Shown here piece after piece: positions 11,818 to 22,220 of a stretch of DNA of 40,685 nt (the first letter of the stretch is position 1; each line of letters starts with the position of its first letter). Origin of the DNA: an uncultured Bacillota bacterium (lineage in GTDB: Bacteria > Bacillota_I > Bacilli_A > RF39 > UBA660); assembly GCA_937926935.1 (NCBI GenBank), contig CALBBI010000070.1:1-40685 (forward strand), written 5' to 3'. The notes under the pieces are model-generated. The model had not been told where the DNA came from, ran no database searches, and worked only from the letters and a program-made list of their open reading frames with translations. The translations under genes and the position numbers were made by a program.

Positions 11818-11845
11818 GAAAAGTTCTAGGAGACTAGAACTTTTC
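11818..11845 (+). other. 12-bp perfect hairpin after dnaK (possible partial terminator or processing site)
   Basis: GAAAAGTTCTAG - GAGA - CTAGAACTTTTC. There is no extended U-tract beyond the TTTTC that forms part of the stem. Confidence 0.5.
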
Positions 11846-11869
11846 GACCATAATAGAAAAGGATAATTT

Positions 11870-13675
11870 ATGAAAAGATGCGAAGTTAAAGAAGATGCTA
11901 AATGGAATTTAGAATATTTCTTTAAAAACACTGAAGAATATAAAAATAGTATTTTAAAAACAGAAGAACTATTAAAAGAATTAGTTAGTATGAAAGGCTC
12001 TCTTACTAAAGATAAAGAAAACTTTTATAAGTTTTTAACATTAGATGATGAAATAGAAAAAAAATTAGAAAACATTTATGTATATTCTTACCTTAATCAT
12101 TATAGTGATACCAATGATGAGACTGGTAAGAAACTAAAAAATCAAGCTGATAAACTAGAAGAAAAAGTTGCTAATGAAACTTCATTCATTAGAAGTGAAT
12201 TACTAAGTAATGACTATGACTATATCTTAAACTTAATGGCTGGCGATAAAAGATTTGATGAATATCGCTTCAGCATTGAAAAAATGTTTCGTTATAAAAA
12301 TCATACCCTAAGTGAAGCCGAAGAAAGAATAATTTCTTTAGCGTCTAATGCCTTAGGAACACCCGATAATGCTTTTTCGGCTTTAGATAATGCGGATGTT
12401 AATTTTGGAAAAATCACGATTGACGGGGAAGAGGTCGAACTAACTCATAGCAACTATATTAAACTAATTGGTCATAAGAATCAAAATACTCGTAAAAGGG
12501 TATTTGAACAATATTATAAATACTATGTCGACCATAAAGAAACCATTGCTGAACTATATAAAGGTCAAGTAAAACAAGATATCTTCTATAGTACCATTAG
12601 AAAATATCATAGCCCTCTAGAGGCCTCCTTATATGGCGATAACATAAATGTTGAAGTTTATAAAAACTTAATTAATACAATTCATGAAAACCTTGAACCT
12701 ATATACGAATACATGAAAGTTCGTAAAGACTATATGGGTGTAAAAGAACTTCATATGTATGATATCTATACCGATTTAATTAAAGAGGATCCTAAGGCCT
12801 TTACTTATGAAGAAGCTAAAGCTAAAGTTCTAGAAGCTTTAAAACCTCTAGGCGATACCTACATTAAAGACCTAAAAAATATCTTTGATAGTTCTAGAGT
12901 AGATGTTTATCCCAACGACGGTAAAAGAAGTGGCGCTTACCAATGGGGTAGTTACTATGCCGGACCATTTGTTTCCACAAACTTTGACGGCACCGAAGAT
13001 AGTGTTAGTACCATAGCCCATGAACTAGGCCATGCCATGCATTCTTTCTATTCTAAGAAAAATCAATGTCATACTAACGCTAACTATCCAATATTCCTAG
13101 CCGAAATTGCTTCAACGGTAAATGAAGTATTATTAAGTGAATATAATATAAAAAATGCTCAAAATGATACCGAAAAGCTTCTATATCTAACGGATTTCCT
13201 AGATAAATTTAGAGCGACAGTTTATCGTCAAACAATGTTTGCCGAGTTTGAAATGTTAATCCATGATATGGAACAAAAAGGCAATGCCCTAACAAGTGAA
13301 ACTTTGTATCAAACATATTACAACTTAAATAAATTATATTATGGTGATAATGTTATAAGTGATAAATTAATTGGTTATGAATGGTCAAGAATTCCACATT
13401 TTTATACGCCATTTTATGTGTATAAATATGCCACCGGATTTATGGCTGCCGTATCAATAGCAACTGATATTTTAAATAACAAACCACAATCTTTAGAAAA
13501 CTATCTAAACTTCTTAGCTAGTGGTTGTAGTAAATATCCATTAGATACCTTAAAAGCATGCAATGTTGATATGACCACCAAAGAACCAATTGAAAAATCA
13601 ATCGAATTATTTAAAAATAGATTAAAAATGGTTGAAGAAATAATTAAGAAGGAGGAAGAATATGGCAAAGAATAA
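11870..13675 (+). CDS. pepF: Oligoendopeptidase F (M3B family metallopeptidase)
   Basis: 601 aa. Zinc motif [10 protein letters not shown] (HEXXH). Length and C-terminal helical region typical of PepF. RBS AAAGGA. Confidence 0.9.
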   Translation: MKRCEVKEDAKWNLEYFFKNTEEYKNSILKTEELLKELVSMKGSLTKDKENFYKFLTLDDEIEKKLENIYVYSYLNHYSDTNDETGKKLKNQADKLEEKVANETSFIRSELLSNDYDYILNLMAGDKRFDEYRFSIEKMFRYKNHTLSEAEERIISLASNALGTPDNAFSALDNADVNFGKITIDGEEVELTHSNYIKLIGHKNQNTRKRVFEQYYKYYVDHKETIAELYKGQVKQDIFYSTIRKYHSPLEASLYGDNINVEVYKNLINTIHENLEPIYEYMKVRKDYMGVKELHMYDIYTDLIKEDPKAFTYEEAKAKVLEALKPLGDTYIKDLKNIFDSSRVDVYPNDGKRSGAYQWGSYYAGPFVSTNFDGTEDSVSTIAHELGHAMHSFYSKKNQCHTNANYPIFLAEIASTVNEVLLSEYNIKNAQNDTEKLLYLTDFLDKFRATVYRQTMFAEFEMLIHDMEQKGNALTSETLYQTYYNLNKLYYGDNVISDKLIGYEWSRIPHFYTPFYVYKYATGFMAAVSIATDILNNKPQSLENYLNFLASGCSKYPLDTLKACNVDMTTKEPIEKSIELFKNRLKMVEEIIKKEEEYGKE

Positions 13676-14798
13676 AGATTATTATGAAACATTAGGAGTT
13701 TCTAAGACTGCTACTCAAGATGAAATAAAATCAGCCTTTAGAAAATTAGCTAAAAAATATCACCCAGATATTAATAAAGAACCGGGAGCTGAAGAAAAAT
13801 TTAAAGAAATAGGGGAAGCTTATTCTATATTAAGTGACCCTGAAAAACGTAAGACTTATGACCAATTTGGCTCAGCTGCCTTTGAACAAGGTGGTGCGGG
13901 AGCTGGTGGCTTCCAAGGTCAAGGCTTTGGTGGTTTCTCATTCGACGATGATATCTTTAAAGATTTATTTGGTAGTGCCTTTGGCCAATCATTTAATTTT
14001 GGCGGTGGAAGAAGTAGTAGAAGTACTAATAGACCTACTAAAGGTGAGGATAGCCTAGTTAGAATTAACTTAACTTTTGACGAAGCAGTATTTGGCTGTC
14101 ATAAAACTATATCTATCGATTTAAACGAAAAATGTGGAGAATGTAATGGCGCTGGTGGATTTGATGCTAAAACCTGTCCAACCTGTGGTGGCCATGGTCG
14201 TGTAGTTGAATCTCGTCAAACTTTATTTGGCATGTTCCAACAAGAAACTATCTGTCCTGATTGTAATGGTAGTGGCAAAACTTATGCTAGAGTATGTTCA
14301 AACTGCCGTGGTAAAGGTTTCTATACTAAGAAAAAAGATATTGAAATCGAAATTCCAGCTGGCGTTGATACCGGAACTCAATTAAGAATAAGTGGTAAAG
14401 GTTCAGCTGGTAAAAATGGTGGCCCAAACGGTGACATTTATATCGAATTCAAAGTTAAAGAACACCCACTATTCGAACGTAAAGAAGACGATATTTACTT
14501 ACAACTTCCAATAACTATTACCGATGCTATCTTAGGATGCAAAAAAGAAATACCTACTATTTATGGTAATGTAGTTATGGCCATCGATGCTGGTACCCAA
14601 AACGATACTAAACTTCGTATCAAAGGCAAAGGTGTTGAAAATCCTAATACCGGTCGTAAAGGTGATATGTACATAATCGTTAACGTTATCGTTCCAACTA
14701 AACTAGACCGTAATCAAAAAGACTTAATCAAACAACTAAGTGAAACTGATTTAGAAAATAGTAGTGAATTTAAAAATATCAAGAAATACATGGATTAG
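13662..14798 (+). CDS. dnaJ: Molecular chaperone DnaJ (Hsp40)
   Basis: J-domain DYYETLGV...KYHPD, G/F-rich linker, and four CxxCxGxG zinc-finger repeats ([32 protein letters not shown]). RBS AAGGAGGA. Overlaps the pepF end by 14 nt. Confidence 0.98.
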   Translation: MAKNKDYYETLGVSKTATQDEIKSAFRKLAKKYHPDINKEPGAEEKFKEIGEAYSILSDPEKRKTYDQFGSAAFEQGGAGAGGFQGQGFGGFSFDDDIFKDLFGSAFGQSFNFGGGRSSRSTNRPTKGEDSLVRINLTFDEAVFGCHKTISIDLNEKCGECNGAGGFDAKTCPTCGGHGRVVESRQTLFGMFQQETICPDCNGSGKTYARVCSNCRGKGFYTKKKDIEIEIPAGVDTGTQLRISGKGSAGKNGGPNGDIYIEFKVKEHPLFERKEDDIYLQLPITITDAILGCKKEIPTIYGNVVMAIDAGTQNDTKLRIKGKGVENPNTGRKGDMYIIVNVIVPTKLDRNQKDLIKQLSETDLENSSEFKNIKKYMD

Positions 14799-14918
14799 CA
14801 ACATAATCCTTTTTCTTTTGTCAAAATTTGTTAAATAAAGTAAAATTTTTAGAAATTAGCCTTTGCAAGTTGTAAAATAATAATTATCTTGATATACTTT
14901 ACTTAGAGGTAATAGCAT

Positions 14919-16217
14919 ATGAGGAAAAAATACAAGACAACTTTACTTTTATTAGCAATTCTTTTACTAATTAGTATCGGTGTCTCTATCTCTTATGCCC
15001 ATTACGAAAAAACTTTACAAAATAATCCCAATGACACTTTAGTAACCTCCGATGAATATCTAAGTATCAACTATTTAGATGGTAATTATTATGATATTAA
15101 ATCCTTTAAAGAAGGGGATACCATTGTTAAAAAAATATCTATTACTAATGTAACTACTAAAGAACTATATGTTACCATTGCCCTAATGGATATCAACAAA
15201 GAAACTAATGATTTAAATGTTCGCTTAGTAGATAAAGATAATAACGAAGTATATAATGAATCTTTAGGTAATATCGATACCGAACTTATTAAAACTAAAG
15301 AACTAGCTGCCGGTCAAACTATGTCTTATACTGTTTATCTAACATATAACGGCAAAGAAGACAACTATGGCTTAACTGCTAATCTAATTGCCTATAAAGA
15401 ATTAATTAAAAAAGACCGCAAAACTTTAAAAGAATTAATCTTAGCTAATAATAATTTAAGCCAATTACAAACTAATATTGGGGAAGTTGCTACTAACCCT
15501 GAAGGTTTAATAGAAGTCCAAAATGATACGGCTTCAACTTACTACTTTAGAGGTTCCGTAACTAATAACTACGTTAAATTTGCTAATGTAATGTTTAGAA
15601 TTGTTAGAATAAATGAAGATGGTTCGGTAAGATTAATAACTGATAATCTTCTAGATAATAAAGCTCCATATAAAAAGACTGTCTCCGATATCGAAGATGC
15701 GGGAAATGTTCTTCTAAGTACCTCAACAATTAAAGAAACCTTAGACGACTTTTATAACAATACCTTAAGTGATTATCAAAAATACGTTGTTGATTCTAAC
15801 TTTTGTAGTGAAAATACATATTACATCGAAGAAGAAAATAAAAAACTATTTACTTCCTATAATCGTGTTATCAATGAATCAGCGGCCGCACTATCTTGTA
15901 GTGGCACCCTAGAACAAGCTAAAGTAGGGTTACTAAGTATTGACGAAGCCATATATGCTGGTGCTAGTAAAAATGGCACTAATACCTCATATTATCTATA
16001 TAACCCTAATATCACATCTACTTGGTGGACCTTAACCGGTAGTCAAGTCTTACTAAATAATAATGCTGTTGATAATTTTGCTATTGGTATAACCGGAGAG
16101 GTTCTAAGTGAAACAAAAATAACATCTAATCAAGGTATTAGACCAGTAATTTCTTTAGATAAAACAGTAAGTGCTAGTGGTTCTGGTACTTATGAAGACC
16201 CATATGTAATTGAGTAG
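14919..16217 (+). CDS. Secreted or anchored protein: TasA/camelysin-like N-terminal region plus a DUF6273-like C-terminal domain (assigned by pattern resemblance only)
   Basis: N-terminal KK + hydrophobic segment ending ...SISYAHYEKT, which resembles SipW-type signals (xTxAYFxD). A beta-rich segment EGDTIVKKISITNVTTKELYV. C-terminal WWTLTGS ... GIRPVISL motifs. Confidence 0.6.
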   Translation: MRKKYKTTLLLLAILLLISIGVSISYAHYEKTLQNNPNDTLVTSDEYLSINYLDGNYYDIKSFKEGDTIVKKISITNVTTKELYVTIALMDINKETNDLNVRLVDKDNNEVYNESLGNIDTELIKTKELAAGQTMSYTVYLTYNGKEDNYGLTANLIAYKELIKKDRKTLKELILANNNLSQLQTNIGEVATNPEGLIEVQNDTASTYYFRGSVTNNYVKFANVMFRIVRINEDGSVRLITDNLLDNKAPYKKTVSDIEDAGNVLLSTSTIKETLDDFYNNTLSDYQKYVVDSNFCSENTYYIEEENKKLFTSYNRVINESAAALSCSGTLEQAKVGLLSIDEAIYAGASKNGTNTSYYLYNPNITSTWWTLTGSQVLLNNNAVDNFAIGITGEVLSETKITSNQGIRPVISLDKTVSASGSGTYEDPYVIE

Positions 16218-16302
16218 TAGAGTATCTACTATTTTTTCTTTAAATTAATTTGACAAACTGAGTACTTTATGCTAAAGTATAAAGTCCTTGGAGGGGATTA
16301 TA

Positions 16303-16698
16303 ATGAATAAAATTAATAATTTAGAAAGAGCCAAACTACGTGAAGAAATGTATTACTGTGAAGTAGCTAGACGTACTATCGAAGCTTATGGTCTAATTGG
16401 CTTAGATGATAGCCACAAAGAGTTAGATAAGCTTTTAGATAATATAGACAAACCAATAGTGTATCCAATAAAAAGAAACTATATTGAAGCAGTTTTACTA
16501 ACAATTTATCCTATAAATAAAGAAGCCTTACGTTTAGAAAGTAAAATTTGGCTAGATATGAATTCTAAAGCAAGAACAATTAATATGATTTATAAAAGAG
16601 GAAGAAACATCTCTTTAATGACTAATTCAGATTTAACTCAAACTCATAATTATTGTGAACAAATACCAGCACAAGCAAGAACACTTAAAATAAGATAG
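16303..16698 (+). CDS. Hypothetical cytoplasmic protein (131 aa)
   Basis: ATG at 16303 lies behind GGAGGGG. The ORF track's 16288 TTG start sits inside the RBS. I recognised no motif. Followed by a strong terminator. Confidence 0.55.
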   Translation: MNKINNLERAKLREEMYYCEVARRTIEAYGLIGLDDSHKELDKLLDNIDKPIVYPIKRNYIEAVLLTIYPINKEALRLESKIWLDMNSKARTINMIYKRGRNISLMTNSDLTQTHNYCEQIPAQARTLKIR

Positions 16699-16720
16699 GA
16701 AAAACTTGCAAAATTCATGA

Positions 16721-16749
16721 AAATCCCCTTGTTATTGGGGATTTTTTTT
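16721..16749 (+). terminator. Intrinsic terminator
   Basis: AAATCCCC (16721-16728) / GGGGATTT (16737-16744), 8-nt loop, T-run to 16749. Confidence 0.8.
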
Positions 16750-16873
16750 GATACAATAACCTTGGCTTTAAAAACCAAATATTCATATTTACCTAGAGAT
16801 ATCCTCGAGTGCCGAAGAGGTGAGGATAACTTGTTTGAAAGTAAATAGAAGCATAACGAAGGAGGGATTTTTA

Positions 16874-17770
16874 ATGGCTGTAGTTTCTATTAGTAATTTA
16901 TTAGAAGCTGGGGTTCATTTTGGTCATCAAACCAAAAGATGGAATCCAAAAATGAAGGAATATATCTTCACAACAAGAGATGATATTTATATCATTGATT
17001 TACAAAAAACTTTAGCGTGCATGGAAGAAGCATACGCTGCAATTAGTGAAATTGCTAAAAATGGTGGTACTTTCTTATTTGTAGGTACTAAAAAACAAGC
17101 TCAAGAAGCAGCTTTAGAAAATGCTACACGTTCTAACTCATACTATGTAACTCAAAGATGGTTAGGTGGAACATTAACAAACTTCAGAACTATTAGAAGA
17201 AGAGTTAAGAGATTAGAAGAAATCGAAAAAATGGAAGAAAATGGTACATTCGATGTATTACCTAAAAAAGAAGTTATTCAAATTAAGAAAGAATATGAAA
17301 AATTAAATAACTTACTAGGTGGTATTAGAGAAATGACTAAATTACCACAAGCTTTAATTATCGTTGATCCTAAAAAAGAATACAACGCAATAAGAGAAGC
17401 TAGAAAACTAAACATTCCTATTTTTGGTATCGTTGATACTAACTGTGATCCAGATGATGTTGATTACGTAATTCCAGGTAATGATGATGCTGTAAGAGCT
17501 GTAAAAGTTGTAATTGGTGCTTTAACTAATGCTATTTGTGAAGCTAATGGACTTGAAGTAATTGATTATGTAACAGAAGTAAAAGATGTTGCTAAAGACG
17601 ATAAAAAAGAAGAAAAAAACGCTCTAAAAAAAGAACTTGAAGAAATCAAAAAAGAAGATGAATTAGAAGCTAAATCTTTAACTGAACTTAAAGCTATGGC
17701 TAAAGAAGCTAAGATTAAAGGTTATTCTACAATGAAAAAAGAAGAATTAATTGCATCTTTAAATAAATAA
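16874..17770 (+). CDS. rpsB: 30S ribosomal protein S2 with a C-terminal Lys/Glu-rich linker and a Rho_N/HeH-like motif
   Basis: [27 protein letters not shown] is the canonical S2 N-terminus. ATG at 16874 lies behind GAAGGAGGG. The track's 16820 GTG start would add 18 non-conserved residues. Confidence 0.97.
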   Translation: MAVVSISNLLEAGVHFGHQTKRWNPKMKEYIFTTRDDIYIIDLQKTLACMEEAYAAISEIAKNGGTFLFVGTKKQAQEAALENATRSNSYYVTQRWLGGTLTNFRTIRRRVKRLEEIEKMEENGTFDVLPKKEVIQIKKEYEKLNNLLGGIREMTKLPQALIIVDPKKEYNAIREARKLNIPIFGIVDTNCDPDDVDYVIPGNDDAVRAVKVVIGALTNAICEANGLEVIDYVTEVKDVAKDDKKEEKNALKKELEEIKKEDELEAKSLTELKAMAKEAKIKGYSTMKKEELIASLNK

Positions 17771-17790
17771 TAAAAATAGGAGGAATAATT

Positions 17791-18669
17791 ATGATAAGTG
17801 CAAAAGAAGTTAATGAATTAAGAAAAACTACTGGTGCCGGCATGATGGATTGTAAAAAAGCTTTAGAAGCTACAAATGGCGACATGAATGCTGCTATGGA
17901 TTGGTTAAGAGAAAAAGGTATTGCTAAAGCTAATAAAAAAGAAGCTAGAATTGCTGCTGAAGGACTTGCTAATATCTATGTAGATGGTAACAAAGCCGTA
18001 ATCCTTGAAGTTAATTCAGAAACAGATTTTGTTTCTAAAAATGATGAATTTAAGAGTATGATTGAAAACATTGGTAAGACATTACTTACTAGTGAAGCTA
18101 AAACTTTAGAAGAAGCTAATGCTCTAAAATTCGAAGAAGGAACTATCGCTGATTACATTGTTGATAAAACAGCTAAAATTGGTGAAAAACTTTCTTTAAG
18201 AAGATTTGAAATTATTACTAAGAGTGATAATGAAGAATTCGGTTCATACCTACATATGGGTGGTAAAATTGCTGTTCTTACAGTAGTTGAAGGCGCTAAT
18301 AGCGAAGTTGCTAAAGATGTAGCAATGCAAGCAGCTGCTATGAAACCACAATATACATTTGAAACTGATGTTCCAGAAGAAGTTGTTGCTAAAGAAAAAG
18401 AAACTTTAAAAGTTGAAGCAATGAACGAAGGAAAACCAGCTGAAATTGCTGAAAAAATGGTTATTGGTAGATTAAAGAAATTCTTCAAAGAAATTTGTTT
18501 AGAAGATCAAGAATTTATTAAAGATGGTTCTGTAGATGTTAAAACTTACATCAAAAATAATGGTGGTAAGTTAGTTAAAATGGTTCGTTATGAAGTAGGA
18601 GAAGGAATTGAAAAAAGACAAGAAAACTTTGCTGAAGAAGTTATGAACCAAGTTAATGGCACTAAATAA
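17791..18669 (+). CDS. tsf: Translation elongation factor Ts
   Basis: UBA-like N-terminus VNELRKTTGAGMMDCKKAL. 292 aa. Directly downstream of rpsB. RBS AGGAGGA. Confidence 0.98.
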   Translation: MISAKEVNELRKTTGAGMMDCKKALEATNGDMNAAMDWLREKGIAKANKKEARIAAEGLANIYVDGNKAVILEVNSETDFVSKNDEFKSMIENIGKTLLTSEAKTLEEANALKFEEGTIADYIVDKTAKIGEKLSLRRFEIITKSDNEEFGSYLHMGGKIAVLTVVEGANSEVAKDVAMQAAAMKPQYTFETDVPEEVVAKEKETLKVEAMNEGKPAEIAEKMVIGRLKKFFKEICLEDQEFIKDGSVDVKTYIKNNGGKLVKMVRYEVGEGIEKRQENFAEEVMNQVNGTK

Positions 18670-18685
18670 TTGTCAATAATTGCGT

Positions 18686-18711
18686 AAAGTCAGAGGTAGC
18701 TCTGGCTTTTT
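18686..18711 (+). terminator. Intrinsic terminator of rpsB-tsf
   Basis: 10-bp stem AAAGTCAGAG / CTCTGGCTTT (one G-U pair), GTAG loop, T-run. Confidence 0.8.
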
Positions 18712-18786
18712 AAATACAATAATGTTTACAAAAAATAGAAATTAGAGTACTATTATATTAGATAAGTCTATAAAGAAGGTGAATTA

Positions 18787-19701
18787 ATGAAACACTATAG
18801 TGTAATGTTAAATGAATGTATTAATAATTTAAATATTAAAAGTGATGGTATTTATGTTGATGGGACCCTTGGGTTAGGGGGACACTCTAGTGAAATCCTA
18901 AAAAAATTAACTGCCGGACATCTATATGCTTTTGATGAAGATGAAATGGCTATTGATTACGCTAAAGAGCGCCTTTCTAAAATAAATAATAATTTTACTT
19001 TAATCAAATCTAACTTTGCTAATATGACTGAAGAACTAAAAAAATATGGGATTGAAAAAGTTGATGGTATTCTATTTGACTTCGGTGTTTCATCACCTCA
19101 AATTGATAATCCCGACCGTGGTTTCAGCTTTATGCATGATGGCTCTCTAGATATGCGAATGGATAGAAGCACTAAAGTAACAGCTGCTGATATCGTTAAT
19201 ACCTATAGTGAGTCTAAACTAACCGAGATATTTTACAAATATGGGGAAGAAAAAAAATCTAAATTCATTGCCCAGTATATTGTTAAAAATAGACCAATTA
19301 CCACAACTCTAGAACTAGTTGATGTCATAAATGACGCGGTAGGTAATAAATACTTCAATCTAAATCATCCTGAAAGAAGAATTTTCCAAGCCTTAAGAAT
19401 TGAAGTCAATCAAGAACTAAAAGTAATTGAAACTGTATTGCCTCAAGTAATTGACCTTTTAAAACCGGAAGGCCGCTGTGCCATAATAACATTCCATTCC
19501 CTAGAAGATCGTATCGTAAAACAATACTTTAAAACCCAAAGTGAAGTAAATGAACTAGTTAAAGGCTTACCAGAAATACCTTTAGAGTATAAACCTAAAA
19601 TAAAATTAATTACCAAAAAGCCATTAATGGCATCAAAAGAAGAATTACAAGAAAATTCTCGTAGTAAAAGTGCTAAACTAAGAGTAATAGAAAGGATTTA
19701 A
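18787..19701 (+). CDS. rsmH: 16S rRNA (cytosine1402-N4)-methyltransferase RsmH (MraW)
   Basis: DGTLGLGGHS, FDFGVSSPQID, FHSLEDRIVK and SAKLRV. Confidence 0.96.
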   Translation: MKHYSVMLNECINNLNIKSDGIYVDGTLGLGGHSSEILKKLTAGHLYAFDEDEMAIDYAKERLSKINNNFTLIKSNFANMTEELKKYGIEKVDGILFDFGVSSPQIDNPDRGFSFMHDGSLDMRMDRSTKVTAADIVNTYSESKLTEIFYKYGEEKKSKFIAQYIVKNRPITTTLELVDVINDAVGNKYFNLNHPERRIFQALRIEVNQELKVIETVLPQVIDLLKPEGRCAIITFHSLEDRIVKQYFKTQSEVNELVKGLPEIPLEYKPKIKLITKKPLMASKEELQENSRSKSAKLRVIERI

Positions 19702-19702
19702 A

Positions 19703-19990
19703 ATGAAGAAAAATAAGAAAGCAAAAACCCTCCGTGGTGAAAAAATAATTTGGTTACTTATTTTCTTAGTTTTATTTATGACCCCTTTAATTCATGTTGT
19801 AACCAAATCCAAACTATCCCAAACTAATATCGAAGTTGAAAGACTAAAAAAAGATATATCTAAACAAGAAAATGTTAATGAATCATTAAATATGAAAATT
19901 AACGAACTTGCATCACTAGATAAAATAAGAGAAGTCGCTGAATCTAACGGCTTATCATATAAAAATAATAATATCAAAGTAGTAGAATAG
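19703..19990 (+). CDS. ftsL: Cell division protein FtsL
   Basis: 95 aa. One TM segment (IIWLLIFLVLFMTPLIHVV) followed by a coiled coil. Canonical position between rsmH and the division PBP. Confidence 0.8.
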   Translation: MKKNKKAKTLRGEKIIWLLIFLVLFMTPLIHVVTKSKLSQTNIEVERLKKDISKQENVNESLNMKINELASLDKIREVAESNGLSYKNNNIKVVE

Positions 19991-19998
19991 GAGATTTT

Positions 19999-22125
19999 AT
20001 GAAAAAGAATAATACTGTTAAAATTAATATGGGACTAATAATAGTTATTATTCTTTTTTTCGTTGCTATCATAATTAAACTTAGTTACGTTAATATTGCT
20101 AAAGATGTAGATGGCATTGATATTGAAGCATTTGCTAATAACCGTAATACTACGAAAAAAACATTATATGCCACACGTGGTGCTATCTATGATACGAACG
20201 GCGACTATCTTGCTCAAACCGTTAACTCTTATACTATAATTGCTTATCTTTCATCATCGCGTACTACCAATCCGGATAATCCACAACATGTTGTTGATAA
20301 AGAAAATACTGCTAGAAAATTAAGTGAAATCCTTACTCTAAATGGCAAAACATCTATGACTTATGAATATATTTTAAGTCGTCTTAACCTAGAAGGTCGT
20401 TATCAAGTTGAATTTGGTTCCGGTGGTAGTGGTATTACCGAACTTTTAAAATCTGAAATCGAAGATTTAAATCTTCCAGGTATCGATTTTGTTGCTTCTT
20501 CTAAAAGATACTACCAAATGGATAACTTTGCATCTTACTTAGTTGGCTATGCTAGAAAAAATGATGATGGCAAAATCGTTGGTGAAATGGGTATTGAAAA
20601 ATACTTCAATGACGAACTATCTGGTAAAGACGGTCAAACCGAATATCAAACCGATTCTTATGGTTACAAATTACCTAACTCCAATGAAAATACTACACCT
20701 GCAACTGCAGGAGCCAACATCTATCTAACTATTGATAATAACATTCAACTATTCTTAGAACAAGAAATAAATAACTTAACTAAAGAAAATAGCATGGCGT
20801 GGATGACTTTCACTATTGCTGATGCCAAAACTGGCGCTATCTTAGCTAGTGCATCTAATCCTTCATTTAACCCTAATAAATTAGATATCACTAACTACTT
20901 AAATCCTTTAGTATCTTACGCTTATGAACCAGGTTCAACTATGAAAATATTTTCATTCATGGCCGCTATGGAAAATGGTATTTATGATGGCTCTAAAGAA
21001 TATATGTCCGGAAAACTTCAAATTGGTTCAGATACCGTTAATGACTTTAACAAAGTCGGGTGGGGTAAAATTAATTTCGATACTGGGTTTAGTTATTCTT
21101 CTAACACCGCCGCATCCCTTCTAGCCTTAGACCTTGGTAATGAAAAACTAAGAGCGTACTATGACTTACTAGGCTTTGGCCAAAAAACCGGTATAACCCT
21201 TCCTGATGAAGTAACCGGTAAAATTGATTTTCAATATCCAATCGAACTAGCAACTGCCTCATTTGGTCAAGGTATCACCACAACCCCAATTCAAAATATC
21301 CAGGCTTTAACTAGTATTGCTAATGATGGTGTGATGTTAAAACCATATATCGTTGATAAAATCGTTGACCCTAACACTAATAAAGTCTTGTATCAAGGAG
21401 GCAAAGAAGAAGTACGTAAAGTTGCTTCAACTGAAACTATTAAAAAAATTCAAGATATGATGCATAATGTTGTTTATTCTAACCTTACTGATGCTAAGAA
21501 TTATAAACCAACTATGGTTGAAATGATAGGAAAAACTGGTACTGCACAAATTGCTAACCCTAATGGGCGTGGATATCTAACAGGAAGTAACGATTATATT
21601 CGAAGTTTCTCTGGTTTATTCCCTTATAATGACCCTCAATATATTGTCTACATCTCTGTAAAACAATTCTCTGGTAACTTCAAAAAAGTATCGCAAGCAG
21701 TTGTTAATGTCGTTGACGAAATCGTTAAATATAAAAATATTGTTTCTACTGTTGAAGAAAATAAAGAACAAAGTATCATTGTTTTAGAAAGTTATTTAAA
21801 TACTGATGTTCTAAGTACTGAAGAAAAACTAAAAGCCCTAGGACTTAACCCTCTAGTTATTGGTGATGGTAAATACGTAGTTAACCAATATCCTAATAAA
21901 AAGTCTCGTGTTTTAAAAGGTTCTAAAGTATTTCTAAAAACAGAAAGTCAAAACATTACCATGCCGGATGTTACTAACTGGAGTGAAAATGAAATTACTA
22001 CGTTCTGTAACTTTATTGGTCTTAAGTACGCCTTAAATGCCTCCGGCCATGTCACTAGTACCTCTATTCCTGCTGGTAGTGTGATTGATTTAAGTACGAT
22101 AATTGAAATAAATTTGACTAAATAA
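19999..22125 (+). CDS. Class B penicillin-binding protein (PBP2B/FtsI/SpoVD type) with two C-terminal PASTA domains
   Basis: N-terminal TM segment. Transpeptidase motifs STMK (GSTMKIF), SSN (YSSNTAA) and KTGTA. Two ~65-aa C-terminal repeats (...LNPLVIGDGKYVVNQYP... and ...VTNWSENEITTFCNFIGLKY...). Confidence 0.93.
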   Translation: MKKNNTVKINMGLIIVIILFFVAIIIKLSYVNIAKDVDGIDIEAFANNRNTTKKTLYATRGAIYDTNGDYLAQTVNSYTIIAYLSSSRTTNPDNPQHVVDKENTARKLSEILTLNGKTSMTYEYILSRLNLEGRYQVEFGSGGSGITELLKSEIEDLNLPGIDFVASSKRYYQMDNFASYLVGYARKNDDGKIVGEMGIEKYFNDELSGKDGQTEYQTDSYGYKLPNSNENTTPATAGANIYLTIDNNIQLFLEQEINNLTKENSMAWMTFTIADAKTGAILASASNPSFNPNKLDITNYLNPLVSYAYEPGSTMKIFSFMAAMENGIYDGSKEYMSGKLQIGSDTVNDFNKVGWGKINFDTGFSYSSNTAASLLALDLGNEKLRAYYDLLGFGQKTGITLPDEVTGKIDFQYPIELATASFGQGITTTPIQNIQALTSIANDGVMLKPYIVDKIVDPNTNKVLYQGGKEEVRKVASTETIKKIQDMMHNVVYSNLTDAKNYKPTMVEMIGKTGTAQIANPNGRGYLTGSNDYIRSFSGLFPYNDPQYIVYISVKQFSGNFKKVSQAVVNVVDEIVKYKNIVSTVEENKEQSIIVLESYLNTDVLSTEEKLKALGLNPLVIGDGKYVVNQYPNKKSRVLKGSKVFLKTESQNITMPDVTNWSENEITTFCNFIGLKYALNASGHVTSTSIPAGSVIDLSTIIEINLTK

Positions 22126-22181
22126 ATAAAATTTTTACTTACACAAAAGAAAAAAATGTGCTATATTTAATAATGCCAATC

Positions 22182-22220
22182 AAAAGTAGAATATCTTCTT
22201 CGATGAGCTCTACTTTTTTT
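22182..22220 (+). terminator. Probable terminator of rsmH-ftsL-pbp
   Basis: AAAAGTAGA (22182-22190) / TCTACTTTT (22209-22217), then a T-run to 22220. The loop is large (18 nt). Confidence 0.5.

Noticed and set aside
13950-14040. Gly/Phe-rich low-complexity stretch in dnaJ, and Lys/Glu/Ala-rich tails of dnaK (about 11400-11800), as possible repeats.
   Set aside because: These are normal compositional features of DnaJ (the G/F linker) and of the DnaK C-terminal lid and tail.
16820-16873. Upstream GTG start for rpsB, as given in the ORF track.
   Set aside because: It would add 18 non-conserved residues. The canonical S2 N-terminus begins at ATG 16874, directly behind GAAGGAGGG.
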